NCBI GenBank assembly: GCA_000830295.1
Contig: CP010425.1
Coordinates: forward strand, 864,001 to 928,000
DNA from: an archaeon GW2011_AR15
GTDB taxonomy: Archaea; Nanobdellota; Nanobdellia; Woesearchaeales; GW2011-AR15
Direction: 5' to 3'
DNA length: 64,000 nucleotides
Shown: piece after piece, positions 17,979 to 29,097 of the stretch
How positions within the stretch are numbered: position 1 is the first letter of the stretch
Layout of the letters: every line of letters starts with the position of its first letter
The notes under the pieces: model-generated
The model's database searches: none
What the model saw: only the letters and a program-made list of their open reading frames with translations
Told to the model about the DNA's origin: nothing
Program-made: the position numbers and the translations under genes

Positions 17979-18365
17979 ATGGAATTTCGAGGACAGGTCA
18001 GAAAGAAAAAAATGGAACACAGTGAAGAAGAAACCAAGGAAACTGATAATTTTGCACTGCAGGTTAAAAAGATAGAAGAAGAGGCAGAAAAAATTATCGC
18101 GGATGCGAACCGGGAAAAGGAAGAGATTATTTCTGAGGCAAAGACAAAATCTGTTTCTCTTTTGGCTGAAAAGCAAAGAAAGCTTGAAGGGGAGAAAGAA
18201 GAGATAGTAAAGAAAGAAAAGCAAAAAATTTCAAAGGAAAAAGATAAGATACTGGCCAAGGGGAAGGAAGACCTTGAGGCATTTGAAAAAAAAGCCTCAA
18301 AAAATGTTGCCAAGGCAGCTGAACTTGTTCTAAAAAAGCTCGATGAGAAAATAGGGGAATTATAA
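17979..18365 (+). CDS. atpH: A/V-type ATPase subunit H (G); true start may be ATG 18012
   Basis: Charged coiled coil VKKIEEEAEKIIADANREKEEIISEAK; first gene of the ATPase operon. Confidence 0.75.
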   Translation: MEFRGQVRKKKMEHSEEETKETDNFALQVKKIEEEAEKIIADANREKEEIISEAKTKSVSLLAEKQRKLEGEKEEIVKKEKQKISKEKDKILAKGKEDLEAFEKKASKNVAKAAELVLKKLDEKIGEL

Positions 18366-20321
18366 ATGATGAAAGCAAAAGACATGAACAAGGTTACAGT
18401 ATTCGGCCCGAAGAGCTATATGAAGGAGATCATAGAAACCCTCTATAATCTGAACGTCGTCCATATAGAAGATTATACAAAAAAGACAGAAGAGGATTAT
18501 TTTGAGATAGGAGAGCCTTATGCAGAGAATGAAAAGTATGCAGATATCCTTATTAAGCTTAGGACCATGATATCAAAGCTTGGGCTCAGGAAATCAGGAA
18601 AAAACCCAAGCAAGATTTCCATAAAGGAAATTGAGTCAAAAACCAATGAGCTTTATGACAGAATCACCGCACTCCTCAGGAAGGAGGAGTATTTTTCAGA
18701 TATAAAACGGGCATATGAAAAAAAGAAAGTGGAGGAAGCTGTTTCGTCCCTTAAGCTCGGCTCTGAGTCAGATTACTCATCAATGGCTCATTATGTTGGA
18801 TTTATCAATACCAATGAGGCAGAGTTTAAAGAGAAAGTAGGAAAATTAACAGCAAAATTTGAGCTGTACTGGACAAACTATGACGGAATTCCGGTAATGG
18901 CCTTGCTTGCAGGAGTCAAAAAGCATGACAAGATAATCCGGCTGCTTAATGAGTACGAGTTTTCACCAATGGACAACCCACTTGTAAAAAAGCAGCTTAA
19001 GCTGAAATCAAAATCAGGGATTAAATTCGTCAAAGAAGATTATCAGCTTAAACTTGTTACAGAAAAACTTGAGCATATAAAAAAAGAGATTGAAAAGCTA
19101 AAGGAGCATAACAGCGGATTCTTAGAAGAGGCAGAGAAAAAATTAAGCATTGAAGCTGAGAAAGCGGAAGCGCCATTGAGGATAGCAACCACAAAGAACA
19201 CATTCCTCATAAAAGGGTGGGTTCCTGTTGAAAACAAGGAGAAGCTCCAGTCTTCCCTTGAAGCAATAACAAAAGGCAGGGTAATGGTGGAATTTGAAAA
19301 GCCGACCACAAAAGAAAAGCCGCCAATAGCTTTTAACCATCCGAAAATAGTCGAGCCGTTTGAGGCATTCATGAATCTCTATACGCTTCCGAGCTACAAG
19401 GAGATAGACCCGACATTCTTCATGTTCCTTACATTTCCCATATTTTTCGGATTCATGCTCGGTGATGTTGGCTATGGACTTGTAATACTCACCTTATTCT
19501 TGATTTTGAAGAAGAAAATGCCGGGAGCAAAGAATTTCCTGAATGCATTTATCATAGCTGCAGTTGCATCAATAGCATTCGGAGCGGTATTTGGGGAATA
19601 TTTCGGATATGAAGAAGTTTCTCCAGGGGTTGCAGCAGCCCTTGGCATACACCCGGAAGAGATATTTTCCCACGGGGAAATTGAGACAGTATACCCTATC
19701 CCGCATCTGTTCAGCAGAAGCCATGGGATAAACGATTTACTCTCAATGGCAATACTATTCGGAGTTGTGCATGTCCTGATTGGTTACATGATAGGATTCA
19801 TCAATGTTGCAAAAGCGCACGGCATTAAGCACGCAATCTTTGAAAAAGCAGGATGGATGCTGTTATTTCCTGCAGTGATATACCTGCTGACTGATTTTCT
19901 CGGTGTCGTGACAGGATTTATAGCGCTGATGCTTGCGCCATTAATACCGCCAATGCCGGTAATGATAGCTTTGGCACTACTAGGGGTATTATTAATAATT
20001 AAAGGAGAAGGGGTCCAGGGTGCAATTGAGCTTCCTGCATTGTTGTCAAATATACTTTCATATGCAAGGCTGATGGCAGTCGGCCTGGCCTCATTAAGCC
20101 TGGCCCTTGTAGTTAATGATCTTGCAGGCCAGATGTTTTCATCAGGAATAATAGGGATAATAATGGGCACAATAGTACTGGTGCTGGGGCACACAATCAA
20201 CATAGCTCTCGGCGTGCTGAGCCCATTCTTGCATTCTCTCAGGCTTCACTATGTTGAGTTTTTCACAAAGTTCTTCAAAGGCGGAGGAACAAAATACAAT
20301 TCATTTGGATACAAAAATTAA
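18366..20321 (+). CDS. atpI: A/V-type ATPase subunit I (a)
   Basis: PSYKEIDPT, FGFMLGDVGYG, LSYARLMAVGLA and LHSLRLHYVEFFTKF. Confidence 0.95.
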   Translation: MMKAKDMNKVTVFGPKSYMKEIIETLYNLNVVHIEDYTKKTEEDYFEIGEPYAENEKYADILIKLRTMISKLGLRKSGKNPSKISIKEIESKTNELYDRITALLRKEEYFSDIKRAYEKKKVEEAVSSLKLGSESDYSSMAHYVGFINTNEAEFKEKVGKLTAKFELYWTNYDGIPVMALLAGVKKHDKIIRLLNEYEFSPMDNPLVKKQLKLKSKSGIKFVKEDYQLKLVTEKLEHIKKEIEKLKEHNSGFLEEAEKKLSIEAEKAEAPLRIATTKNTFLIKGWVPVENKEKLQSSLEAITKGRVMVEFEKPTTKEKPPIAFNHPKIVEPFEAFMNLYTLPSYKEIDPTFFMFLTFPIFFGFMLGDVGYGLVILTLFLILKKKMPGAKNFLNAFIIAAVASIAFGAVFGEYFGYEEVSPGVAAALGIHPEEIFSHGEIETVYPIPHLFSRSHGINDLLSMAILFGVVHVLIGYMIGFINVAKAHGIKHAIFEKAGWMLLFPAVIYLLTDFLGVVTGFIALMLAPLIPPMPVMIALALLGVLLIIKGEGVQGAIELPALLSNILSYARLMAVGLASLSLALVVNDLAGQMFSSGIIGIIMGTIVLVLGHTINIALGVLSPFLHSLRLHYVEFFTKFFKGGGTKYNSFGYKN

Positions 20322-20347
20322 GTTCAAAACACACGGAGGTTAAAAAA

Positions 20348-20581
20348 ATGGCAGCAGATATCGGAACAGGATTGATTGCTATCGGTGCATCGCTGGCTGT
20401 AGGCCTTACTGCTCTTGGTACAGGAATGGCAGAGCAGGCAATAGGTACAGCAGCAATCGGTGCAATGGCTGAGAAAGAAGAACTTTTCGGTAAAGGGCTT
20501 ATCCTTACAGTTATCCCGGAGAGTATCGTTATTTTCGGTCTGGTAGTAGCTATCCTGATAATTGGATTGGCAGCAGCATAA
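20348..20581 (+). CDS. atpK: A/V-type ATPase subunit K (c, single hairpin)
   Basis: 77-aa two-TM proteolipid with conserved Glu in IPESIVIFG; GGAGG RBS. Confidence 0.93.
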   Translation: MAADIGTGLIAIGASLAVGLTALGTGMAEQAIGTAAIGAMAEKEELFGKGLILTVIPESIVIFGLVVAILIIGLAAA

Positions 20582-20599
20582 AAACTGCTTTGATCTAAG

Positions 20600-21142
20600 A
20601 TGGGGATAAACGAAGTAAAAAAAGAAATACTGGACAATGCCGGAAAAGAGGCATCCAGAATTCTGGCAGAAGCTGGGAAAGAGGAGAAAGAGATAGTAGG
20701 CTCAATAGCCTCAGCAGTAAAGCAGAGCAAAGAGAAACAGGAAAAAGACATAAAGAGGACAGTTGAGCAGTACAGGTCCTCTGTGCTTTCAGAGGCAGAA
20801 TCAGCAGTCAAGAAAGAGAGGCTTTCCCTTGAGAAGAAGATTATCAGCAAGGTTTTCTCCAGTGCAGCCGAGAAGCTTGGCAGCCTTAGCCAGAAAAAGA
20901 GGGAGCAACACCTAAACAGGCTTTCAAAAAAGATAAAGGAGCTTGGATACCCTACGGTCTATTGTTCTCTGAAAGACCAGAAGCACCTCAAGAAATATAG
21001 TCCGAAAGCAGCAGATATTCTTGGAGGCATAGTTCTTGAAAACAAACAGGGAGATACAAGGGTAGATCTGAGCTACGATATGCTTCTTGAAGAAGTTAAG
21101 AAGGAGGAAATGTCAGCGATTGTCAGGACATTGTTTGCATAA
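20600..21142 (+). CDS. atpE: A/V-type ATPase subunit E
   Basis: MGINEVKKEIL...EA..I..EA coiled coil and ILGGIVLE...RVDLSYD; operon position. Confidence 0.88.
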   Translation: MGINEVKKEILDNAGKEASRILAEAGKEEKEIVGSIASAVKQSKEKQEKDIKRTVEQYRSSVLSEAESAVKKERLSLEKKIISKVFSSAAEKLGSLSQKKREQHLNRLSKKIKELGYPTVYCSLKDQKHLKKYSPKAADILGGIVLENKQGDTRVDLSYDMLLEEVKKEEMSAIVRTLFA

Positions 21143-21147
21143 TAAAA

Positions 21148-22200
21148 ATGACAGAGCAAAAATTCAGGTATAAGTTTAATCCGTATACATTTGCCAGAAT
21201 CAGCGCTATGAGGTCCCTTCTCCTGAAAAAAGAAGATTATGACAAGATAATGAAGATGGACACTTCAGAGATAGTAAAATTTCTCCAGGAGGGAGTCTAC
21301 AGCCAGGAGATAAGCGATGCGGCAATAAGGTATTCAGGCCTGAAGCTTGTGGAAGTCGCCCTAAGCAGGCACCTTCAGAAAATATTTCTGAAGCTGAAAC
21401 TGATTTCAGACCCAAGCATTGAATTCCTTATGAACCAGTATCTGAAAAGGTATGATTTCTACAACCTGAAAACAATACTGAGGGCAAAACAGACAGGAGC
21501 CCGGGAAGAGGAAGTCAGGGATCTCCTGTTGCCTGTCGGCTCGCTCAGGACAGAGAAACTGAGGCAGCTTTTTGGAAAGGATACGGCAAGAGAGATAATA
21601 GCATCGTCAGGCGTGGTTAATATGAAGGATTTCTCTTCAGCAATAAACAATTATGAGCAGACACATCAGCTGAGCGAGATTGAGAACCTGTTTGACTACC
21701 ATTATTATATTGATACATTGCAGTTCTCAGAAAAGATACCTAAAGAAGGGAAGCTTTTCGAGGAATTTTTCAGGCATGAATTTGATGTATACAACCTAAA
21801 GCTGCTGCTAAGGAAGATATTCTTTGAGCTTCCTGAAGACTATGTAAAAAAATACGTCATATACGGAGGAAAGAACATATCAAAGGCTGCCCTTAACTCG
21901 CTTCTGAAGGCAGAGAATTATTCCGAATTTATGAATGCCCTAAGCAGGACGAAATACAGCAGAATACTTCCGGATATGAAAGGGAAAAAGGGAGCACTTC
22001 TTAGGACAGAGATTGCACTTGACTCGATGCTTCTTGAGAAAAGCATATTATTATTTCACCAGCATCCTCTTACAGTAGATATAGTTCTTGGCTATATGTT
22101 TGCAAAAGAGATTGAAGTCAGGAATCTGAGGATAATAATAAAATCAAAAAAACTGGAATTTACAGAAGATTATGTCAAGGACCTAGTGATGGTGAGATAA
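21148..22200 (+). CDS. atpC: A/V-type ATPase subunit C (d)
   Basis: YTFARISAMRSLLL, YDFYNLKTILRAK and KEIEVRNLRII. Confidence 0.9.
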   Translation: MTEQKFRYKFNPYTFARISAMRSLLLKKEDYDKIMKMDTSEIVKFLQEGVYSQEISDAAIRYSGLKLVEVALSRHLQKIFLKLKLISDPSIEFLMNQYLKRYDFYNLKTILRAKQTGAREEEVRDLLLPVGSLRTEKLRQLFGKDTAREIIASSGVVNMKDFSSAINNYEQTHQLSEIENLFDYHYYIDTLQFSEKIPKEGKLFEEFFRHEFDVYNLKLLLRKIFFELPEDYVKKYVIYGGKNISKAALNSLLKAENYSEFMNALSRTKYSRILPDMKGKKGALLRTEIALDSMLLEKSILLFHQHPLTVDIVLGYMFAKEIEVRNLRIIIKSKKLEFTEDYVKDLVMVR

Positions 22201-22512
22201 ATGGCAGATTTGGCAGTTGTCGGGGATAGCGAATTCGTAATGGGGTTCGAGCTCATAGGAATAAAAAAAATCTTTGAAGGAGAGACGCCAGCAGAGCTGA
22301 AAAACTCATTCAGCCGGGCACTGTCAGATAGGACAACAGGAATAATAGTCACAAATGATAAGGCTCTTGGAAAGCTTGACCTTAATTTCAGGAGAAATGT
22401 TGAGAACTCAATAAGCCCGGTCACGGTTGTGCTTTCCACAAGCATGGCAGCACAGCAGAACCTTAGGGACATGATAAAAAAAGCAATAGGAATTGATTTA
22501 ATGAACAGATAA
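22201..22512 (+). CDS. atpF: A/V-type ATPase subunit F
   Basis: LAVVGDSEFVMGFELIGI and LRDMIKKAIGIDL. Confidence 0.92.
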   Translation: MADLAVVGDSEFVMGFELIGIKKIFEGETPAELKNSFSRALSDRTTGIIVTNDKALGKLDLNFRRNVENSISPVTVVLSTSMAAQQNLRDMIKKAIGIDLMNR

Positions 22513-22522
22513 TAGGTGAATC

Positions 22523-24274
22523 ATGATGAAAGAAAAAGGAAAACTAGTAAGGATTGCCGGCCCGGTTGTAGTGGCAGTAGGCATAAATGCAAGAATGTAT
22601 GACCTTGTTAAAGTCGGTAACGAAAACCTGATGGGAGAAGTTATTCAGGTTGACGGCGACAGGGTGACGATCCAGGTATATGAGGACACTTCAGGCATAA
22701 AGCCCGGAGAGCCCGTGGTAAATATGGGCCTTCCTCTCTCAGTAAAGCTCGGGCCAGGGCTGCTTACAAGCATCTATGACGGAATCCAGAGGCCTCTCCC
22801 GGTCCTTTCAAAGAAAATGGGGGATTATATCCAGAGGGGAGTTACAGCATCAGGGCTTGATGAATCAAAGAAATGGGAGTTCAGGGCACTTGTCAAGAAA
22901 GGCGATAAAGCCTCTCCTGGGATGATTATCGGGGAGGTTCAGGAAACAGAAACAATAAAGCACAGAATACTTGCTCCGCCAGAAGAAAAATATGAAGGAA
23001 AAATAAAGGAAATCAAGTCAGGCAAGTTTACAGTAAATGATGTAGTGGGAAAGCTTGAAAACGGCGCAGAATTAAGACTGAGCCATGAATGGCCGGTAAG
23101 GGTCCCAAGAAGGCTGGCAGAGAAATCAGCTCCGAATATGCCGCTTATAACAGGGCAGAGGATTTTTGACGGACTTTTCCCTCTTGCAAAAGGTGGAGTG
23201 GCAGCTATCCCCGGGCCGTTTGGGGCAGGGAAGACAGTTTCACAGCAGCAGCTTGCCAAGTGGTCTGACGCGGATATTGTGGTATATATCGGCTGCGGGG
23301 AAAGGGGGAACGAGATGACAGAAGTTCTTACAGAATTCCCGCATCTGAAGGATCCGAAGACAGGCAAGCCGCTGATGAACAGGACAGTGCTTATAGCAAA
23401 CACATCAAATATGCCGGTTGCTGCAAGGGAAGCTTCAATCTATACAGGAATCACAATTGCAGAATATTACAGGGACCAAGGATATTCAGTCGCCCTGATG
23501 GCAGACTCAACAAGCAGGTGGGCAGAAGCAATGAGGGAGATTTCATCAAGGCTTGAGGAAATGCCCGGAGAAGAAGGCTATCCTGCTTATTTATCAACAA
23601 GGCTTGCAGAATTTTACGAAAGGGCAGGCATAGGAAAAACACTTTCAGGAGATATCGGTTCAGTATCAGTTATCGGAGCAGTAAGTCCGCCCGGAGGAGA
23701 TTTTTCAGAGCCTGTTACACAAAATACCCTGAGAGTTACAAAAACATTCTGGGCCCTTGATGCAAAGCTTTCCCAGAGAAGGCATTTTCCGAGCATCAAC
23801 TGGCTTACATCTTACAGCCTTTACAACAAGACACTGGAGCCATGGTATTCTGAGCATGTTAATCCAAACTGGTCAAGAATGATGGCAGAGATAATGTCTA
23901 TACTTCAGGAAGAAGAGAAACTGCTGGAAATTGTCCAGCTTGTAGGCTCTGATGCCCTGCCGGAAAAACAGCAGCTTACACTGGAAGTTGCAAGGATGAT
24001 AAGGGAATTTTTCCTTCAGCAGAACGCTTTTCACGATATTGATACATACTGCGAGCCAAAGAAGACATATATGCTTGCAGAGACAATCCTTTACTTCGGA
24101 GACAGGGCAAAGCAGGCCCTGGAAGAGGGAATTGCAATCGCCACCCTCCTTAACCTGAAGAGCAAGGATGAGATTGCAAACGTGAAATTTGTCAAGGATT
24201 ATGAAAAAGAGCTTAACAAAATCAAGCTGAGCATTGACAGGGAATTCAATAAAGTTGAGCAGGGTGGTCAATAA
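22523..24274 (+). CDS. atpA: A/V-type ATPase catalytic subunit A (no intein)
   Basis: P-loop [40 protein letters not shown] and RRHFPSINW; normal length. Confidence 0.97.
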   Translation: MMKEKGKLVRIAGPVVVAVGINARMYDLVKVGNENLMGEVIQVDGDRVTIQVYEDTSGIKPGEPVVNMGLPLSVKLGPGLLTSIYDGIQRPLPVLSKKMGDYIQRGVTASGLDESKKWEFRALVKKGDKASPGMIIGEVQETETIKHRILAPPEEKYEGKIKEIKSGKFTVNDVVGKLENGAELRLSHEWPVRVPRRLAEKSAPNMPLITGQRIFDGLFPLAKGGVAAIPGPFGAGKTVSQQQLAKWSDADIVVYIGCGERGNEMTEVLTEFPHLKDPKTGKPLMNRTVLIANTSNMPVAAREASIYTGITIAEYYRDQGYSVALMADSTSRWAEAMREISSRLEEMPGEEGYPAYLSTRLAEFYERAGIGKTLSGDIGSVSVIGAVSPPGGDFSEPVTQNTLRVTKTFWALDAKLSQRRHFPSINWLTSYSLYNKTLEPWYSEHVNPNWSRMMAEIMSILQEEEKLLEIVQLVGSDALPEKQQLTLEVARMIREFFLQQNAFHDIDTYCEPKKTYMLAETILYFGDRAKQALEEGIAIATLLNLKSKDEIANVKFVKDYEKELNKIKLSIDREFNKVEQGGQ

Positions 24275-25725
24275 TGTTACAAAAAGAATATAAGACAATC
24301 AGGAGAATTGCAGGGCCTCTGGTCTTTGTAGAAAAGACACACCCGGTTGGCTATGGTGAGCTTGTAGCTATAAAGCTTTCAGACGGCTCTCTGAAGAATG
24401 GCCAGGTGCTTGATACAAGCGAAGACCTGGTTGTTGTCCAGGTCTTCGAAGGGACATCCAGGATTGACAAGGCATCATGGGTAAAATTCCTCGGAGAGAC
24501 AATCAAGCTTCCTGTATCTGAGAAGATGCTTGGAAGAATCCTGACAGGGGCAGGCAAGCCAAGGGATGGCGGTCCTGAAATTGTTGGGGAGAAAAGGCTT
24601 GACATTGTTGGGGCAGCCATAAATCCGCATGTCAGGAGAAGCCCGGCTGAATTCATCCAGACAGGAATTTCAACAATCGACGCGACAAACACGCTGGTAA
24701 GAGGCCAAAAACTGCCTATTTTTTCAGGCTCCGGGCTGCCGCACAACGAGATTGCACTGCAGATAGCAAGGCAGGCCAAGGTTCCTGGCAGCGAGGGAAA
24801 GTTTGCAGTAATATTCGCAGCAATGGGCATCACGAACGAGGAAGCCCAGTATTTTATGAGAGATTTCGAGGAGACAGGAGCTTTGCAGAGGGCAGTTGTC
24901 TTCCTTAACCTTGCAGACGACCCGGCTGTCGAGAGGCTTATCACTCCGAAAATGGCGCTTACAACCGCAGAGTATCTTGCATTTGAGAAAGATATGCACG
25001 TACTTGTTATTCTTACAGATATGACAAACTACTGCGAGTCACTAAGGGAGATAGGTGCAGCAAGAGAAGAAATTCCCGGAAGAAGGGGATTCCCAGGGTA
25101 CATGTATACTGACCTCGCATCAGTCTATGAAAGGGCAGGCATGATTGAGGGAAAGAAAGGATCAATCACACAAGTGCCGATTCTTACAATGGTAGGGGAC
25201 GATATTACGCACCCTATTCCTGACCTTACAGGATATATAACAGAAGGCCAGATTGTGCTTTCAAGGGAACTGCACAGGAAAGGCATCTATCCTCCTGTTG
25301 ACGTGCTTCCGTCATTGTCAAGGCTGATGAATTCAGGAATAGGGGCAAAGAAGACAAGGGATGACCACAAGCAGGTAAGCGACCAGATGTATGCTTTCTA
25401 TGCAGAAGGCCGCGACTTAAGAGGGCTTGTAGCAATTGTCGGTGAAGAAGCCCTGTCTGACAGGGATAAAAGGCTGCTTAAGTTTGCAGAACAATTCGAA
25501 AAGAAGTTCGTCCGGCAGAGCACAAAAGAGAACAGGGACATAGACAGGACACTTGAGATCGGCTGGGAACTGCTGAGAATGCTTCCGAAGAAAGAGCTTA
25601 CAAGGGTAAGCCCAGAGCTGAGAGAAAAGTATTATGGCAATGAGGAAGTTGCTCTTGACGGCCAGAAGCATGAAACTCCTCTTGAATCCGATGAAGACGA
25701 AGAAAAACTTAAGAGAGCCAAATAA
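24274..25725 (+). CDS. atpB: A/V-type ATPase subunit B
   Basis: [30 protein letters not shown] and [16 protein letters not shown]. Confidence 0.97.
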   Translation: MLQKEYKTIRRIAGPLVFVEKTHPVGYGELVAIKLSDGSLKNGQVLDTSEDLVVVQVFEGTSRIDKASWVKFLGETIKLPVSEKMLGRILTGAGKPRDGGPEIVGEKRLDIVGAAINPHVRRSPAEFIQTGISTIDATNTLVRGQKLPIFSGSGLPHNEIALQIARQAKVPGSEGKFAVIFAAMGITNEEAQYFMRDFEETGALQRAVVFLNLADDPAVERLITPKMALTTAEYLAFEKDMHVLVILTDMTNYCESLREIGAAREEIPGRRGFPGYMYTDLASVYERAGMIEGKKGSITQVPILTMVGDDITHPIPDLTGYITEGQIVLSRELHRKGIYPPVDVLPSLSRLMNSGIGAKKTRDDHKQVSDQMYAFYAEGRDLRGLVAIVGEEALSDRDKRLLKFAEQFEKKFVRQSTKENRDIDRTLEIGWELLRMLPKKELTRVSPELREKYYGNEEVALDGQKHETPLESDEDEEKLKRAK

Positions 25726-25733
25726 TTAGCGAA

Positions 25734-25761
25734 GGGAGGTTCGGAGGGCAGAGCCCTCTGA
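25734..25761 (+). repeat. GC-rich hairpin between atpB and atpD
   Basis: GGGAGGT-TCGGAGGGC-AGA-GCCCTCTGA stem-loop (one G-U pair), with the same architecture as the hairpins at 14378 and 32525-32593. Confidence 0.45.
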
Positions 25762-25796
25762 TGACCCTGGCAAAACAAAAACCATAAAACTGCAAT

Positions 25797-26414
25797 ATGA
25801 CAGACATAAAACCAACCAGGAGCGAGCTGATTAAGCTCAAGAACAAGATTAAGCTGGCTAAATCAGGGTATAAGCTCCTGAAAAAAAAGAGAGACGGGTT
25901 AATCCTGGAGTTCTTTGAGATACTTAAGGAAACAAAATCCGTCAGGCAGGAGATGACTGAGAAGTATAGGGAGGCCATTAAAAAAATAAACATGGCAAGA
26001 ATTCTTGATGGTGATATTGTAATTAAGTCTGTTTCAATGGCCATAAAAGATAAGCCGGTTATTGAAGTTGAGAACAAGAACCTTATGGGTGTTGTTGTCC
26101 CGAAAATAAACAGCAGGAATGTCAAGAAAACCCTGAAGACAAGAGGATACGGCCTTGTTACAACAAGCGCAGCAATAAACGAGGCCAGCGATGCCTATGA
26201 AGAACTTCTCGAGTACATTATCCTTGTAGCAGAAATTGAGACTGCAATGATACGGCTGCTTGAGGAGATTGACAAGACTAAGAGAAGGGTCAATGCGCTT
26301 GAGTTTGAGGTTATCCCGAAGCTTGAGAAGACAAAGAGCTTTATCCAGCTAAGACTTGAAGAGCTGGAAAGAGAGACAATCTTCAGGAGCAAAAGGATAA
26401 AAAAGAAGAGATAA
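25797..26414 (+). CDS. atpD: A/V-type ATPase subunit D
   Basis: KPTRSEL, GYKLLKKKRDGL and KTKRRVNALE. Confidence 0.95.
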   Translation: MTDIKPTRSELIKLKNKIKLAKSGYKLLKKKRDGLILEFFEILKETKSVRQEMTEKYREAIKKINMARILDGDIVIKSVSMAIKDKPVIEVENKNLMGVVVPKINSRNVKKTLKTRGYGLVTTSAAINEASDAYEELLEYIILVAEIETAMIRLLEEIDKTKRRVNALEFEVIPKLEKTKSFIQLRLEELERETIFRSKRIKKKR

Positions 26415-26441
26415 CAATCTCATTAGATTTTTCAGATTTAT

Positions 26442-26699
26442 CTATCTCAAGTTAGGGTCTTCCAGAGGCTCTTTCAGCGAAACATAATATCTTTTCGGCC
26501 TTGGGGCTGCGTTTTCCTTTTCGACCTTGCTTATGGCAGAATTCACTTTATCCTTATCCCAGTGGCTGAGAATCTCGTATATCTTCTCATTTGGATATTT
26601 TTTCACGTTTATGGCATACCTTATGTATTTCAGAACCTCGACAGAATTTGGATTCTTCTTTGCCTTTATCTCATCCATCCTTTCCCTGGTATCATGCAT
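26442..26699 (-). CDS. Small hypothetical protein
   Basis: 85-aa ORF with RBS AGGTGAGG and a TATA-like box upstream. Confidence 0.6.
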   Translation of the reverse strand: MHDTRERMDEIKAKKNPNSVEVLKYIRYAINVKKYPNEKIYEILSHWDKDKVNSAISKVEKENAAPRPKRYYVSLKEPLEDPNLR

Positions 26700-26750
26700 T
26701 TCTCCTCACCTTTTACATATATATAATGCAGTCCGGGATTTTAAATATTT

Positions 26751-27623
26751 CTATCTTATAAATAAGAAAAGCACAATATCATCAGCAATAGTCGTGTAAA
26801 TCATTGCTATAAGAAAGCTTGGTATGAAAGGAATGCCGTATTTCACTTTTACTGTCTTTATTTTTCCCTCTGCCTTATACTTCAGCAGCTTTTTTATCTG
26901 GTCTTTTTTTATTCCCAGTTCCTTTGGCCCTGTTATGTATTTTCCGCCTACCTTGACTTCCTCAACTATCCAGTCCCCTTCGGTCAGCTTTTCAGGTGGC
27001 ACGGATTTTATCATGGAAGCTTCTTCAATTGCCTTTATTACTATAACAAGATAGTTGGCGGAATAGAGGAAGACAGACATAAATGCGAAGATAATCTTTA
27101 TGCCCGCGGGTATGTCAATAAAAAATATTACTGCAAGCCCCAGAATGACTACCCCACCTGAATAATACCTCAATCTTCTTAATTTGTCATCTTTCATCAG
27201 CTTCATAAAATTCCTGCCTATTTTCTTTCTGTTCCTTATGCCTTCTATAATTGTCCATACTGTCACATACAGGGCGCCTGCAAAGAACATATTTATGAGG
27301 AATTTTACAAAAAAGTCATCCAGGAGCGGAAAGCCCAGGCCAAGCATGGCTCCAAGGCCGAAAATCATCTTGCTGTCTCCCCCGCCCCACTGTCCTGTAT
27401 AATACATGAAACAGCCCAAGGCAAGCGCAACACCCAGGCCGGTAAGTCCCTTTAGGATGTATGAATAATCCGAATATATGATTGTATAGATAAGGTTCAG
27501 CCCTATCCCAATAGCTATAAGCGAGTAATTGAACCAGTCAGGGACTTCCCGTGTCTTTATGTCTGTATAGGTGCCTATTACAATAGCTATCAGGGCAGTA
27601 ATAATGAAAAAGTCAATAATCAT
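26751..27623 (-). CDS. Prepilin/preflagellin peptidase, A24 family (EppA/FlaK-like)
   Basis: Catalytic motifs YTDIKTREVPD and GGGDSK, multiple TMs, EKLTEGDWI insert and C-terminal GIPFIPSF. Confidence 0.9.
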   Translation of the reverse strand: MIIDFFIITALIAIVIGTYTDIKTREVPDWFNYSLIAIGIGLNLIYTIIYSDYSYILKGLTGLGVALALGCFMYYTGQWGGGDSKMIFGLGAMLGLGFPLLDDFFVKFLINMFFAGALYVTVWTIIEGIRNRKKIGRNFMKLMKDDKLRRLRYYSGGVVILGLAVIFFIDIPAGIKIIFAFMSVFLYSANYLVIVIKAIEEASMIKSVPPEKLTEGDWIVEEVKVGGKYITGPKELGIKKDQIKKLLKYKAEGKIKTVKVKYGIPFIPSFLIAMIYTTIADDIVLFLFIR

Positions 27624-27659
27624 AGAAGGGAATCTTTCTGCATCCTATATAAATTTTTC

Positions 27660-27914
27660 TTAGAGATACAGCCTTGGCCTGTACAGTTTGTGGAATATCA
27701 GGTAAATTCCGCCAAGCACGCTTCCTCCTGCACAGATATAAATCAGGACTGATTCAGGAATAAAAGGGATAAGGTCGTTTCCGAGTTTCTTTAATAATAG
27801 TAAAGCACCAGTAGCTAAAAACAGAAATCCAAGGATAAACTGGGCAGGCAGCTCAAAGTGAGAGGTCCTTGGTCCGCTATAATGCCTTTGTGGATGAGGT
27901 TCACGCATAGCCAT
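27660..27914 (-). CDS. Small two-TM membrane protein
   Basis: Two hydrophobic helices; TTTAAATA box upstream. Confidence 0.6.
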   Translation of the reverse strand: MAMREPHPQRHYSGPRTSHFELPAQFILGFLFLATGALLLLKKLGNDLIPFIPESVLIYICAGGSVLGGIYLIFHKLYRPRLYL

Positions 27915-28017
27915 TTAATAGGATAGTTCCTATTTAAATTTTTGCATATAAACATACCCCCGTATACCCTCTATAGAAAGGTTTAAATATTTCAGAGGGG
28001 ATTAATTGAGTCATTAA

Positions 28018-29097
28018 ATGAGAATTAATGGAAAATTTGTTGCAGCGGTAGTGATATTAGTTCTTTTGTCTAGTTTTGCATACGCGCAAAGCCAGAATTA
28101 TTCACAGATATTTGATCCTCTTTTTGACCTTTTTGATTATATCTTCAATCAGCTTGGCACGCAGATAGTGTTCAGGAAATTCCTGCTGTGGATGCTGCTG
28201 TTCGCTCTTCTGACTACGCTTGTCAAGAACCTCCCCTTCCTGAAAGATCAAACCGAGAACAGAAGAGGAAATGTGATTGCGTTTGCGCTTTCCCTTATAA
28301 TGGTTCTGGGAATCCCAACCAATGTAATAAACCTGATATATGACCAGTATGCACTCATAACCGCAATCGCGCTTTATCTTCTTGTTCCGGCTTTGCTGTT
28401 CTATGCGACAAAAGATGTGCAGTCCTCACTCATAAGAGGGATATTATTCTTAGGACTCGGCATATTGCTTCTGATACTTTCAAACTCATTTTTGGCAGGC
28501 CCAAGTAATTCAATGAGATTTTTCATAAACTGGATGAGGCTGGGAGCTGCCATACTGATGCTGGTCGGCCTTATTATGATACTTTCAGGCGGGTTCAGTG
28601 CAGCAAGGGGAGGACTGGGGTTCGGGTTTAATCCTTTAAACAGGAGAGCTCCGGGGGCAATACCCACGCCCGCAACACCTCCGCCAGCCGCATTCGTAAA
28701 TGCAGGCAATGCGCTTGATGTGCCTCTCAGGGCAGCTCAGGCTGCTGTAAGGGCAGTGTATGACAAAATCCATACACAGCTTATTGTTGCCGGAAATACC
28801 CATCTCATAAATAATGCAAATGCAATAAGGGATAATAATGCCACTGCCCAGGCCCAAAACAATAACTTTGCAACAAATTTCCATAATGTGATGCACAGCC
28901 TTATCATGACAGACTTTGCAAATGCAGTGAATGCAATAGCAACTGTCAGAGGCCATGCAGCAATAGGATCAATAACAGCTCCCCAGGCAACTGCATTGAC
29001 AAACCTGAGCAATGAACTGATTGCTTATGCGGATGATGTAGCAGATTACTATACTGTTTACGCTCAAAGACTGGCAAGAGCACAGGAGCCAACATGA
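28018..29097 (+). CDS. Multi-pass membrane protein with an Ala/Asn-rich helical C-terminal domain
   Basis: Signal peptide (SFAYA), about five TM segments, a Gly/Pro linker (GGLGFGF...PTPATPPP) and a low-charge helical tail. Confidence 0.75.
   Translation: MRINGKFVAAVVILVLLSSFAYAQSQNYSQIFDPLFDLFDYIFNQLGTQIVFRKFLLWMLLFALLTTLVKNLPFLKDQTENRRGNVIAFALSLIMVLGIPTNVINLIYDQYALITAIALYLLVPALLFYATKDVQSSLIRGILFLGLGILLLILSNSFLAGPSNSMRFFINWMRLGAAILMLVGLIMILSGGFSAARGGLGFGFNPLNRRAPGAIPTPATPPPAAFVNAGNALDVPLRAAQAAVRAVYDKIHTQLIVAGNTHLINNANAIRDNNATAQAQNNNFATNFHNVMHSLIMTDFANAVNAIATVRGHAAIGSITAPQATALTNLSNELIAYADDVADYYTVYAQRLARAQEPT

Noticed and set aside
22523-24274. Intein in ATPase subunit A
   Set aside because: GKTV continues directly to SQQQLAKW and the length (583 aa) is normal.
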